Below are positions 10,063 through 19,058 of a DNA stretch of 64,000 bases, piece by piece (within the stretch, counting starts at the first letter, position 1; the number at the start of each line of letters is the position of its first letter). A program made the translations under genes and the position numbers. A model generated the notes under the pieces. It was not told the DNA's origin. It searched no databases and saw only the letters and a list, made by a program, of their open reading frames with translations. The stretch is taken from positions 14,941-78,940 of the forward strand of contig DASWDU010000034.1 of NCBI GenBank assembly GCA_036395115.1, written 5' to 3'. Origin of the DNA: Thermoplasmata archaeon (GTDB lineage: Archaea; Thermoplasmatota; Thermoplasmata; RBG-16-68-12).

Positions 10063-11533
10063 TGTCCAGGATGACGACGAGATCGGCCGTCGCGGTCTCT
10101 CGCAAGGTCGTGGCGTGGACCTCGAACCGGACGGTCGCGGGGAGGGGCACCGGCCACGACGGCGGCGCGGTGATCTGAAGATCGAGGAGCGCGCGTTCGG
10201 AGGCGTTGAGTTCCACGCGCACCGTATCATTGTTCACGGTCGTGTTGGTCGAACCGACCACCACGTCGAGGAATTGGAACGAAAAGCCGAAGCTCGCAAG
10301 GTTCGGATTTTTCGCCGTGACGACGACGATTTCGGACGCTGCCGCGGTATGGTTCACGGCGAACCGGGTCAGCCCGATCGTCGCGCCGATGCGGATCGTC
10401 TGGTTGATGGCGACGAGCGGGCTTCCGTCGAGCTTCTCGAATGTCAGGCCCGGTCCCCCGCCGATCGCGACGAACGGCACGGGGACGAACGTCAGGAAGA
10501 GGATCGCGACGGCGCCGATCCCGACGAGTTTGCGGGCCGCGTCGAGGCGCGTGATGTCGTTCAGTGGCGGGGGATGGCGCGCGCCCAGCATCAGGATCAG
10601 GAAGGCAAAGAAAATCCAGCCGATGTACCACGCGCTCATGATGAAGAGCAAGAGGATCGCGGCCCACGACAGGTAGAACTGGTTCCGCCCGAAGAGGGCG
10701 CGGGCGATGTGGCCGCCGTCGAGCTGTCCGGCCGGGAGGAGGTTGATCGCCGTCACGAAGAGGCCGACCCATCCCGCGAAGGCGAGGGGATGCTTGAGGA
10801 CCGGGTTCGGGAGGGGGAAGAACAGGGAGAGGAAGTTGAAGAGCAGGGAACCTTGGATCGCTTCGCCGGGCACCGTCGGCACGACGGGAGGCGTCCCGGT
10901 CGAGAGGGCGAGGCCCGCGAGCGTCACCGGGATCGCGATCGCGAAACCGACGAGCGGCCCGGAGACGCCGATGTCCAGGAGGGCGCGGCGGTTCGGGATG
11001 GGGTCGCGCATGCTGATGAACGCGCCGAGCGTGCCGAGCGGCGGCAACGAGGGGAGGAAGAACGGCAGCGAGGCGTGGACCTTGTACTTCTTGGCGACGA
11101 GGAAGTGGCCCATCTCGTGGGAGCCGAGGATCGTGAGGAGCGGGAGGGAGAAGAACAGGCTGCCGTAGCCGATCGAGGCGGCGGAGAGGATCGGCTCCCC
11201 CGAATAGGCGGACCAGTTCCAGGCGCCGCCGAAGAACACGATCGAGGGGATCGTCAGGAGCAGCAGCAGGAGGTTCACCTGTCGCCTCGCGAATCGCATC
11301 CGCGGCCGGCGCTGCACGTGGAGGAGCGTCTCGCCCCGTTCCTGCGTCACGGTCGGGATATAGTCCCTCGGGACGAGTTCCTGGCGGAGTGCGTCGAACG
11401 GCGCATCGATGCTCCCGCTCGGGGAGGTGACCTGGAACGTCAGCGCGAGCGGCGTCACGACGACGCCGTATACGGTGAAGTACTTCGCCACGACGGTCCG
11501 GATCGCCTCGATCTCCGCTGCGGGCGAGTCCAT
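10052..11533 (-). CDS. Site-2 protease family (M50) membrane zinc metalloprotease with C-terminal extracytoplasmic domain
   Basis: 'HEMGHFLVA' HExxH motif, 'LLPAGQLDGGHI' motif, multiple TM segments. Confidence 0.8.
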   Translation of the reverse strand: MDSPAAEIEAIRTVVAKYFTVYGVVVTPLALTFQVTSPSGSIDAPFDALRQELVPRDYIPTVTQERGETLLHVQRRPRMRFARRQVNLLLLLLTIPSIVFFGGAWNWSAYSGEPILSAASIGYGSLFFSLPLLTILGSHEMGHFLVAKKYKVHASLPFFLPSLPPLGTLGAFISMRDPIPNRRALLDIGVSGPLVGFAIAIPVTLAGLALSTGTPPVVPTVPGEAIQGSLLFNFLSLFFPLPNPVLKHPLAFAGWVGLFVTAINLLPAGQLDGGHIARALFGRNQFYLSWAAILLLFIMSAWYIGWIFFAFLILMLGARHPPPLNDITRLDAARKLVGIGAVAILFLTFVPVPFVAIGGGPGLTFEKLDGSPLVAINQTIRIGATIGLTRFAVNHTAAASEIVVVTAKNPNLASFGFSFQFLDVVVGSTNTTVNNDTVRVELNASERALLDLQITAPPSWPVPLPATVRFEVHATTLRETATADLVVILDITP

Positions 11534-11654
11534 CGGCCGACCGAACCTTCCCGCGTATTAAAAGATACGTGGCAGTGCATCCTGCGGATGGAGGCCACGA
11601 AAAGCGTATTATATCAACGAGAATATCGGGGAGCAGCGAGGAGGGGTAGAGTCG

Positions 11655-11990
11655 ATGGGGTCTTGGTCTGGTTTCGTTCGCGATAGCCCGAACGCGGTTT
11701 ATCAAAAGGCCCAAGGAGCGGTCACGTCGAAAGGGTTTGAATCGAAGGTGGCCCTTCCCGGTCAAAGCTTGACTGCAGAGGGGGGTCGAGCGTATCGCTT
11801 GGTGGTACTGATCATCCTTGTGGTCGTGATCTGGCCTGTGGCGCTCATCTACTACTTCACTCGCAAACGAAACTCGATCACGGTCCAGATACGGCCTCAA
11901 GGTGAAGGAAGCGCGGTGCAGATCAACAGCTTCGGCGAGAAGGCCGACGATGCGCTGGGAATGATTACTTCGGGATTGTCGGCTCAGTAG
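11655..11990 (+). CDS. Hypothetical small membrane protein (low-GC ORF)
   Basis: One TM segment 'LVVLIILVVVIWPVALIYYF'. TATA-like 'ttatatca' about 35 nt upstream. GC visibly lower than neighbours, so coding status is uncertain. Confidence 0.35.
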   Translation: MGSWSGFVRDSPNAVYQKAQGAVTSKGFESKVALPGQSLTAEGGRAYRLVVLIILVVVIWPVALIYYFTRKRNSITVQIRPQGEGSAVQINSFGEKADDALGMITSGLSAQ

Positions 11991-11994
11991 CCGG

Positions 11995-12330
11995 TCGTCG
12001 GTCGTGTCGGGAAATGCGAGACCCGTTGCGTCCGCCGTCGGGTCGCCTTGGAATCCGGTAACCAGCCTGCGGCCCAAGAGTCTCTTCTCCCTGACTAGAC
12101 TCCCGCTCCGAGACCGACGGACTATGCTCATCCTTAACGATTAATCGGCTTGCTCTGCTCGCGGTCGTTCCAAAGGGGGAAAAGGCCGTGCGGGCCCGGA
12201 ATGCTGCGAGCGAAAGGGACGCGAAGCACGCTGCTCCGAGGCAGCGGGGAAGCTACGAATCCTCCTCCCGGTGTGCGCGTCTGGAAAACCGGTGATACGA
12301 GGTTCAGAGGCATCGCCAAGTAGAAAGCGC
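11995..12330. ncRNA. Candidate structured ncRNA in a ~340-nt gap between convergent genes (type unresolved)
   Basis: No credible ORF. Local stems such as ccgtcgggtc(12044-12053)/gaccgacgg(12112-12120). 'GGCCCGGAA...GCUGC' is loosely reminiscent of SRP RNA helix 8 but not diagnostic. Confidence 0.2.
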
Positions 12331-12334
12331 GGGC

Positions 12335-12922
12335 TCACCGGGGCCGCGCGCCGAACAGCCAAAGGAGGACCGCGGTCCCGAGGCCCGCGGCGACGAACCG
12401 CAAGCCTGTGACGACGAGCCGCTCGCGCACGAGGGTCCCGAGGTAGGCGCCGATGACGAACAGGATCGCGAGGGTCAGGCCGATTGCGACGACGGTCGCG
12501 GTCCGGATGTCGAAGAACAAGAACGGGATGAGGGGGACGAGCGCCGCGATCATCGGGGAGACGCCGTGGACGAGAGCGCTCACGATGGCGGCGAACTGAA
12601 ACGCCTCCTTGTGTTCCTCGCTGAGCCGCGCGAGCAACGCCCGCTCGATCGAGCGCACGTCGAGCTTCTTCTCGACGCGCTCCGCCTCGTACGCTCCGAC
12701 GGCGCTGCTCACCGCGAGGGCGATCCCGGCGCCGAGCGATGCGGAGAGGATGATCGTCTTGTGGGATTCGTCCGCGCCGGCGGCGACCGTGCCGATAATG
12801 ATCCCGAGGATCGTCAGCGCGCCGTCGAAGGCCCCGATCACGAAGTACCGGCGGACGATCGGCCCGACGTTCGTGATCTCGTCGTACTCCCGGATCCGGC
12901 GGCCCCAGGCGCGGAAGTCCAT
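12335..12922 (-). CDS. VIT1/CCC1-family membrane protein (putative Fe/Mn transporter)
   Basis: 'VIGAFDGALTILGIIIGTVAAGAD' resembles the VIT-family GxxDG motif. Five predicted TM segments. Confidence 0.55.
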   Translation of the reverse strand: MDFRAWGRRIREYDEITNVGPIVRRYFVIGAFDGALTILGIIIGTVAAGADESHKTIILSASLGAGIALAVSSAVGAYEAERVEKKLDVRSIERALLARLSEEHKEAFQFAAIVSALVHGVSPMIAALVPLIPFLFFDIRTATVVAIGLTLAILFVIGAYLGTLVRERLVVTGLRFVAAGLGTAVLLWLFGARPR

Positions 12923-12923
12923 G

Positions 12924-15623
12924 TCATCCGCTCTCGATCCCGAGTCGCTGGCGGACGAGTTCCTCGAGCCGCGCCGCGGCGGCCCTCGCCTGGTCGGCGT
13001 TCGGGAAGCTCGCCTGTGCGAAGTCCGGCTTTCCGCCGCCCTTGCCGTGGAAGTCCGGCGCGACGCTCCGGACGAGCTCCGCCGCGTCGATCGGCACCTG
13101 CACGCCGCGCGTGAGGACGAGCTTCACGTCGCTCGGCGACGGCGCCCAGTAGATCCCGATCGCCCGCGACTCGGAGGCGGTCGCCTTCGACATCGAGAGC
13201 ATGAACCCGACCCCTTGTGGGACCTCGGACCGGAGGATCGGCCATGGACCTTTCGCGGTCTCGATTTCCTGTCGCGTCTTCGCGGCCGCCTGCTCGTCCG
13301 TCGCCCGCTGGGAGATCTTGCGGTACTCCTTCCACTCGGCCACAATCCGCTCCGCGGCCGGCACGACGCGGTCCCCCGGCACTTCGAGGATCTCCGCGAC
13401 GCGCGCGAGCTCCTCGGCCTGCTTGCGCACGGCCTCGAGCGCGCCTTTGCCGGCGGCGTACTCCAGGCGGACGACGCCGTCCTGGATCCGGGTTGATCGG
13501 AGGATCTTGATCAAGGAGACGTCGCTCGTCCGCGAGACGTGGGTGCCGCCGCATGCCTCGACGTCCCACTTCGGGATCTCGACGACCCGCAGCTCGCCCC
13601 CGGGGACGGAGCCACCCTGATAGAGCCGGAAGCCGTACTTCCGCTCCGCGACGTCCCGGGCGAGGAACGTCGCCCGCACCTGGCGCCGCGCGAGGACCTC
13701 GTCGTTCGCGAGCGCCTCGATCTTCGTGACTTCCGCGTCGGTCAGGGCGTCGAAGTGGGTGATGTCGAGACGCGCCATGTCAGCGGCCTTGTGCGCGCCC
13801 GCCTGCCACACGTGGTTCCCGAGCGCCTTCCGCGCGGCGCCGAGGACGATGTGCGTGGCGGTGTGGTTCCGCATGAGTGCCTCCCGCCGCTCGCCGTCGA
13901 TCGCGCACGCGACGCGTGCGCCCTTGAGCGCGGACGCGTCGCCGCGGACGAAGTGCAGCACGCTGGCCCCGACCTTCTGGACGTCGTAAACCTCCCGGTC
14001 CCCGATTGTCCCGTGGTCCGCCTCCTGGCCGCCGCCTTCCGGGTAGAAGTACGTCTGGTCGAGGACGACCGCCTCGCCTTCGACCGCGAGGACCTTGGCC
14101 CGGAAGGCGCGCTTCCGCTTGTCCTCGTAGACGCGGAGCTTCGTCGGGGGGAGCGCCTTGGAGACCGTGACCTTCTTCGTCGCCTCGGCGGCCGCGGGCC
14201 GTTCGTGGCGGGCGGCGACCCGCGAGTAGAAGTCGTCCGGCACCTCGACGGGGGCGTCCGCGAATTCCCGGACGACGTCCGGGTTCAGTCCGTGGCTATC
14301 GTAGAGCTGGATCAACGTGTCGACGTCGAAGGCCTTCCCGGCGGCCTTCAGGTCCGCCGCGATCTTGCCGACCGTGGCACGGCCCTTTTCGAGCGTCTCA
14401 CGATACCGGGCCTCCTCGACCTTCAGGAGTTTCAGGATGTCGCCTTTGTTGAAGAAGAACTCCGGGTAGTCCTCCCGCATCTGGTCGATCATGAACGAGA
14501 CGGTGTCCGCGAGGCTGTACGTGATGTTGAGGTCCTTCAGCGCTCGCAGCCCGCGGCGCACGAGGAGGCGGGCGAAGTACCCCTCCCGGCTGTTCGACGG
14601 CACGACGCCGTCGCCGAGGAGGAAGATCAGGGCGCGCGCGTGGTCGCACACCGTGTACAGTGCTTCGAGGGGCGAGACCTGGGCGACGAGCTCGTCGACC
14701 GAGAGGCCGACCCGTTCTGCGGTCTGCCGGCGGATCTCGCGGATGTCCGCGAGGCTCTCGACCTTCAGCAGGCCCGCGACCTTCGAGTACTCCCGCAGCA
14801 CGCGGTCGTCCACGCGCTTCGCCCCGGTCGCGCGCTTCAGGTATGCGAGCGCGTCGCCGAAGACGGCCTCGTACGCCGACGTCGTGCCTTGGGAGAGCCA
14901 CGTGAGCCGCTCGAGGCCGTAGCCCGTGTCGACGACTTGCGTGTCCATTGGCACTCGATGCCCGTTCACCTCGCGGTTCATCATGAACACGAGCGTCGCG
15001 GCTTCCGCGCCGCCGAAGACGACCTCGAAGCACGGCCCGCTGTTCCCGCCGCCCTCCCACCACGACTCCTTGTACCGGACGACATCGGGCTTGAGGCCGA
15101 GCCGATCCGTGAGGAAGCCGTGGCACAGTTCGACAGTGTGATCCTTGAAGTACAGGAACTTCCCCGGAAAGTTGAACGCGTGGTGGGCCATCATCTCGAA
15201 CATCGTGAAGTGCTGCCCCGTCTTCCCGACGTTGTCGACATCGAGGAAGCGGACGCACGGCTGCGAGAGTGTGAGCGGGTTCGCAGGCGGGCTCGCCTCG
15301 CCGCTGATCACCCACGGCTGGAACGGGTAGACGCTCGCCTGCACGAAGAAGACGTCGTCGCGCCAACGGGCGACAATCGGGTAGCGCTTCACGCGAGTGT
15401 GGCCGTTCTGCTCCAGGTAGGAAAGGAAGTCCTCCCGCATCGCGCGGTAGGTGAGCTTCTTGGCGAACGGAGGATTCCCGATGAAGTCGTACTCCTGGCA
15501 CGGGGCCTCGCCACACGTCTCGTGCTGACCGATCGCCCAGAAGGCCTTCCCGCACTTCGCGCACGTCTGGCGAGTGAATCCCTGCTTGCGGAACAGCTCG
15601 ACCTCGTATTCACTCTCGGGCAT
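12924..15623 (-). CDS. alaS: Alanine--tRNA ligase (archaeal type)
   Basis: 899 aa. N-terminal 'FTRQTCAKCGKAFWA' zinc motif, class II AlaRS core, and a C-terminal 'HTATHIV...CGGTHV' editing-domain-like motif. Confidence 0.95.
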   Translation of the reverse strand: MPESEYEVELFRKQGFTRQTCAKCGKAFWAIGQHETCGEAPCQEYDFIGNPPFAKKLTYRAMREDFLSYLEQNGHTRVKRYPIVARWRDDVFFVQASVYPFQPWVISGEASPPANPLTLSQPCVRFLDVDNVGKTGQHFTMFEMMAHHAFNFPGKFLYFKDHTVELCHGFLTDRLGLKPDVVRYKESWWEGGGNSGPCFEVVFGGAEAATLVFMMNREVNGHRVPMDTQVVDTGYGLERLTWLSQGTTSAYEAVFGDALAYLKRATGAKRVDDRVLREYSKVAGLLKVESLADIREIRRQTAERVGLSVDELVAQVSPLEALYTVCDHARALIFLLGDGVVPSNSREGYFARLLVRRGLRALKDLNITYSLADTVSFMIDQMREDYPEFFFNKGDILKLLKVEEARYRETLEKGRATVGKIAADLKAAGKAFDVDTLIQLYDSHGLNPDVVREFADAPVEVPDDFYSRVAARHERPAAAEATKKVTVSKALPPTKLRVYEDKRKRAFRAKVLAVEGEAVVLDQTYFYPEGGGQEADHGTIGDREVYDVQKVGASVLHFVRGDASALKGARVACAIDGERREALMRNHTATHIVLGAARKALGNHVWQAGAHKAADMARLDITHFDALTDAEVTKIEALANDEVLARRQVRATFLARDVAERKYGFRLYQGGSVPGGELRVVEIPKWDVEACGGTHVSRTSDVSLIKILRSTRIQDGVVRLEYAAGKGALEAVRKQAEELARVAEILEVPGDRVVPAAERIVAEWKEYRKISQRATDEQAAAKTRQEIETAKGPWPILRSEVPQGVGFMLSMSKATASESRAIGIYWAPSPSDVKLVLTRGVQVPIDAAELVRSVAPDFHGKGGGKPDFAQASFPNADQARAAAARLEELVRQRLGIESG

Positions 15624-15654
15624 TCCCGGCTGGATGAACGCGCTCGATATAAAG

Positions 15655-15960
15655 ATGTATCAAGAGTGACCGCGCCTGCACCTCCAGGTGCCGTCCGGAG
15701 GCCAGAGGCGGCGTTTTGTAGGATTCTTCAAAACGGTCACTCGACCCGAACGTCGAGATGGCCGTACGCCACACTCTTAGCCTTGTAGACGTTTTCAAAG
15801 CCGCGCGGAGCGTGGAGACGGTTTTGCAAGGTCCTTCAAAACAGATTCGTGGCCCGACTGGGGCGATCGCCTGATTTCGAAATATCCTACAAAAAGGGCA
15901 GGCCGCGTTTCGCATTTTTGAAGGACTCTACAAAAGGGACTCAAGTCACTCTCGTATCAA
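15655..15960. repeat. Intergenic block with five copies of an imperfect palindrome TTTTG-N10/11-CAAAA (core tAGGAtyCTa), bounded by an inverted repeat (caagAGAGTGAC ... GTCACTCTcg)
   Basis: Copies at ~15713-15734, 15782-15800, 15821-15842, 15883-15900 and 15914-15938. Flanking inverted repeat at 15660-15670 and 15945-15954. Confidence 0.6.
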
Positions 15961-17088
15961 TTCGCGAGCAATGACCATCCGCTGGATCTCACTCGTGCCT
16001 TCTCCGATTTCTGTGAGTTTCGCGTCACGCAACATCCGTTCTACGGGATAGTCGGCGATGTAACCGTATCCGCCGTGGATCTGCACCGCCCGGTTCGTCA
16101 CGAACGACGACATCTCGCTCGCGTAGAGCTTGGCCATCGCGGCCTCCTTCTTGAATGACTTTCCCTGGTCTTTCAGCCAAGCCGCGCGCCGTACCAACGC
16201 CCGCGCCGCATCGATCCTCGTCGCCATGTCGGCGAGCATGAACTGAATCGCCTGATGCTCCGCAATCGGTTTGTCGAACTGAATCCGTTCCCTCGCATAC
16301 TTCACGGACTCCTCGAACGCGCCTTGCGAAATCCCGACCGCCATCGAGCCGATTCCGATCCGGCCGCCATCGAGGATCTTCAGCGCGTTCGCGAAGCCTC
16401 CCGCCTCGGGTCCCAGGAGCGCGTCCTTGGGGACCTTGCACTCCGTGAGGATGACCTGCGACGTGGCGCTGCCGCGCACCCCGAGCTTCTCTTCGACCTT
16501 CCCGATCGAGAGGCCGCGGTTGCCTCGCTCGACGATGAAGGCGCTGATCCCTCGGTTCCCCTTGGTCGTATCCGTAACGGCGTGGATGACGAACGTCCCC
16601 GCGACCGGGGCGTTCGTGCAGAAAGTCTTCGTGCCGTTCAAGACCCAACCGTCCTTCGTCCGGATGGCCGTGGACCGCATCGCGGCAGCGTCCGATCCGC
16701 TTGTTGGTTCCGTGAGGGCCCACGCCCCGACCTTGCGGCCGCTGGCGAGGTCCGGGATGTACCTTCGCTTCTGCTCCTCCGTCCCCGCGAGCCAGATCGT
16801 CCCGGTGCACAGCGAGTTGTGGGCCGCCATGATGAGCGCGTGCGATCCGCACACGCGCGCGACCTCCTCGATTCCGATCGCAAGCGCGACGGCATCGAGG
16901 CCCGCACCTTCGTACTCCTGGGGGATCGCCACGCCAAGGAGCCCGAGGCCGGCCATCTTCGCGACGGTATCCTTCGGGAACTCGCCGGTCTTGTCGACGC
17001 GTGCCGCAATCGGACGGATTTCATTCTCGGCGAAATCGTGGACCGTTTGGCGGATCATCTCGTGTTCGGGCTTCAGCTCGAAGTCCAT
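15946..17088 (-). CDS. Acyl-CoA dehydrogenase
   Basis: 380 aa ACAD fold: '...[15 protein letters not shown]...', '...IHGGYGY...' and a C-terminal catalytic Glu region '[10 protein letters not shown]'. Confidence 0.9.
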   Translation of the reverse strand: MDFELKPEHEMIRQTVHDFAENEIRPIAARVDKTGEFPKDTVAKMAGLGLLGVAIPQEYEGAGLDAVALAIGIEEVARVCGSHALIMAAHNSLCTGTIWLAGTEEQKRRYIPDLASGRKVGAWALTEPTSGSDAAAMRSTAIRTKDGWVLNGTKTFCTNAPVAGTFVIHAVTDTTKGNRGISAFIVERGNRGLSIGKVEEKLGVRGSATSQVILTECKVPKDALLGPEAGGFANALKILDGGRIGIGSMAVGISQGAFEESVKYARERIQFDKPIAEHQAIQFMLADMATRIDAARALVRRAAWLKDQGKSFKKEAAMAKLYASEMSSFVTNRAVQIHGGYGYIADYPVERMLRDAKLTEIGEGTSEIQRMVIARELIRE

Positions 17089-17149
17089 GGGACGCCCATG
17101 AGGCCTAAACCCAAACGTGCCTTTAGGGCTTCGCTCCCATCGTAGCCGT

Positions 17150-17218
17150 CGTCTTTGGTAGGATCCTACAAAAGGGCTCGTTGGGCCGACGCGATTTTGT
17201 AAGGTTCTTCAGAATCCA
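17150..17218. repeat. Two further copies of the TTTTG-N10-CAAAA palindrome (ttggtaggatcctacaaaag; ttttgtaaggttcttcagaa)
   Basis: Near-perfect 18-nt palindrome at 17155-17172 and a second copy at 17194-17213, between acd and the exonuclease gene. Confidence 0.6.
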
Positions 17219-17790
17219 CCTTCAGCGCCCGAGGCTTGCGGCGGCCTCCGCCGCTTGTCCCCAAGGTCTCCCAAGACCCCGCGACTCTCGTCCAACACGT
17301 CCATCAAGGCGTCGCGCTCTCGCGTCACGTACTCGATGATCTCCGGATACCGTCCGTCCCGGTACATCTTCGGGACGCGGGCGCCGCTCTCCTTGTCCGC
17401 GTACCGATGGAGGCTCGATCCCTCGAACGAGCCGCGGTTGAGCAGGACGAGCACGGAGGAGAGGTCGAAGTACGGCTTCGTGAACCAGTAGTACTTGAGC
17501 TTCCCGATGTCCCAGTCGACCAGCTTCCATTTGGTCGCCCGCTCGATCAGGAACGTCAGGTCGAACCGAAGGCGGTTCCCCACCGGCACGAAGTCCCACG
17601 TCGGCTCGAGGACGCCCTTTTCGAGGACCGTCTGGATCGCCTGCCTCTCCCCCCACTCCCACTCCGCGACGACCTGGAAGGTCCCCTTCGGCGTGAGTTC
17701 GTCGGTGAGCGGCTGGTACTGCACCGTGATGATGCGGTCCTGCTGCGGGCCGTCCCCCGTCGTTTCCGTATCGAAGTAGTATAGCGGCAC
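17209..17790 (-). CDS. DEDD-family 3'-5' exonuclease (DnaQ-like)
   Basis: GTG start 'VPLYYFDTETTG...' (Exo I motif), '...GNRLRFDLTFL...' (Exo II) and '...LHRYADKE...' (Exo III-like). The remainder of the 565-aa ORF upstream is Arg-rich high-GC noise. Confidence 0.55.
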   Translation of the reverse strand: MPLYYFDTETTGDGPQQDRIITVQYQPLTDELTPKGTFQVVAEWEWGERQAIQTVLEKGVLEPTWDFVPVGNRLRFDLTFLIERATKWKLVDWDIGKLKYYWFTKPYFDLSSVLVLLNRGSFEGSSLHRYADKESGARVPKMYRDGRYPEIIEYVTRERDALMDVLDESRGVLGDLGDKRRRPPQASGAEGGF

Positions 17791-17895
17791 GCGGAGCCTT
17801 CGGATTGCACGAAGGCCTCTGACGGGCCTTAAGTCCTTCCACCGCTCGCGCCGTGCGACAGTCTTTTCTCCGCATCCTGCGTTGCCGCGCCGGAC

Positions 17896-19047
17896 ATGCG
17901 AGTCGGGATCATCGGCGTCGGCATGACCGCCTTCCGGCCGTCGACGCCGGACGTCAGCTGGAAGGAGCTCATGTTCGAGGCCGCGTCCCGCGCGTACGCC
18001 GACGCGGGCGTGGACCCGCGGGCCGACGTCGGCTCGTTCGTCACGTGCGCCGAAGACTACTACGAGGGATTCGGGATCTTCGACGAGTTCGTGCCGGACC
18101 AGCTCGGAGCCGTGCTCCGGCCGACGTGCACCGTGTCGGGCGACGGATTGCAGGGCCTCGCGAACGCCTTCATGCAGATCCACACGGGCCTGATCGACGT
18201 CGCCGTCGTCGAGGCGCACAGCAAGATCTCGGACGTCCTGACGCCGCTCGGCATCGTCGAACACGGCCTCGACCCGATCTGGAACAAGCCGCTCGGATTC
18301 CATCCGTACGTCGTCGCGGGGCTCGAGGCGGACGCCTACCTGCGTGCGACCCGCACCCCGACGAAGGCGCTCGCCGCGGTCGTCTCGAAGAACCGGCGGA
18401 ACGCGTTGCACAATCCGATCGCGGCGTACGGCGCGGCGGTGGACCCGGATCACGTGACGTCGTCGGAACCGCGGTTCGAGCCGCTGCGGTCGCTCGACAT
18501 CAGCGGGCCCGCGGACGGCGCCGTCGTCCTCGTCCTCGCGTCGGACCGCGCGGCGCGCCGCCTCCACGCGACTCCCGTCTGGATCCGCGGCGTCGGCTGG
18601 GCGAGCGACTCGCCCAGCCTCGAGACGAGGGACTGGGCCTCCGCGACGTACGCGCGCCTGGCGGCCGCGATGGCGTACCGGCTCGCGAAGGTCCGTCGGC
18701 CGGCGACGGAGGTCGATTTCGCCGAGGTGGACGACCGCTTCTCGTACAAGGAATTGCAGCACCTCGAGGCGCTCGGCCTCGCAAAGCCCGGCGAGGCGGG
18801 CCGGGAGGCGCTCCGCGGCGCATACGCGGCGGACGGCCGGCGGCCGGTCAACGTGTCCGGCGGCTCGCTCGGCTGCGGCAACGTCTTCGAGGCGACGGGC
18901 CTGCATCGCGCGGCGGAGGCGACGCTCCAGCTCCGGGGCGACGCCGGCTCCCGCCAGATCGACGGGGCGAAGATCGGTGTCGCGCAGTCGTGGCGGTTCA
19001 TTCCGAGCGCGACCGGTGCGGTCGCGGTCCTGGGGGCGGGAGCCTGA
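17896..19047 (+). CDS. Thiolase-like protein (SCP-x/archaeal acetyl-CoA C-acetyltransferase type) 1
   Basis: 'MRVGIIGVGMTAF...' N-terminus; thiolase-fold length and motifs '...NVSGGSLGCGNVFEATG...'. Confidence 0.8.
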   Translation: MRVGIIGVGMTAFRPSTPDVSWKELMFEAASRAYADAGVDPRADVGSFVTCAEDYYEGFGIFDEFVPDQLGAVLRPTCTVSGDGLQGLANAFMQIHTGLIDVAVVEAHSKISDVLTPLGIVEHGLDPIWNKPLGFHPYVVAGLEADAYLRATRTPTKALAAVVSKNRRNALHNPIAAYGAAVDPDHVTSSEPRFEPLRSLDISGPADGAVVLVLASDRAARRLHATPVWIRGVGWASDSPSLETRDWASATYARLAAAMAYRLAKVRRPATEVDFAEVDDRFSYKELQHLEALGLAKPGEAGREALRGAYAADGRRPVNVSGGSLGCGNVFEATGLHRAAEATLQLRGDAGSRQIDGAKIGVAQSWRFIPSATGAVAVLGAGA

Positions 19048-19058
19048 GGAAAGTCGGC

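Noticed and set aside
10227-12131. 634-aa Arg/Pro-rich ORF on the minus strand, with similar long ORFs at 9743-11686, 8821-10230, 14398-15564, 13539-15788, 18450-20132, 40030-42363, 45588-47264 and 60728-63193
   Set aside because: Typical stop-codon-poor antisense or off-frame ORFs of high-GC DNA. They have low-complexity R/P/G/A composition, overlap well-supported genes on the other strand (S2P protease, alaS, thiolases, aldo/keto reductase, thermosome and others) and carry no recognisable motifs.
17853-19058. N-terminal 400 aa of the 784-aa ORF, and the 582-aa ORF 18977-20725, as single long genes
   Set aside because: Only their 3' portions are real: thiolase 2 from ~19059 and DUF35 from 20204. 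The upstream parts are Arg/Gly-rich and overlap thiolase 1 out of frame.
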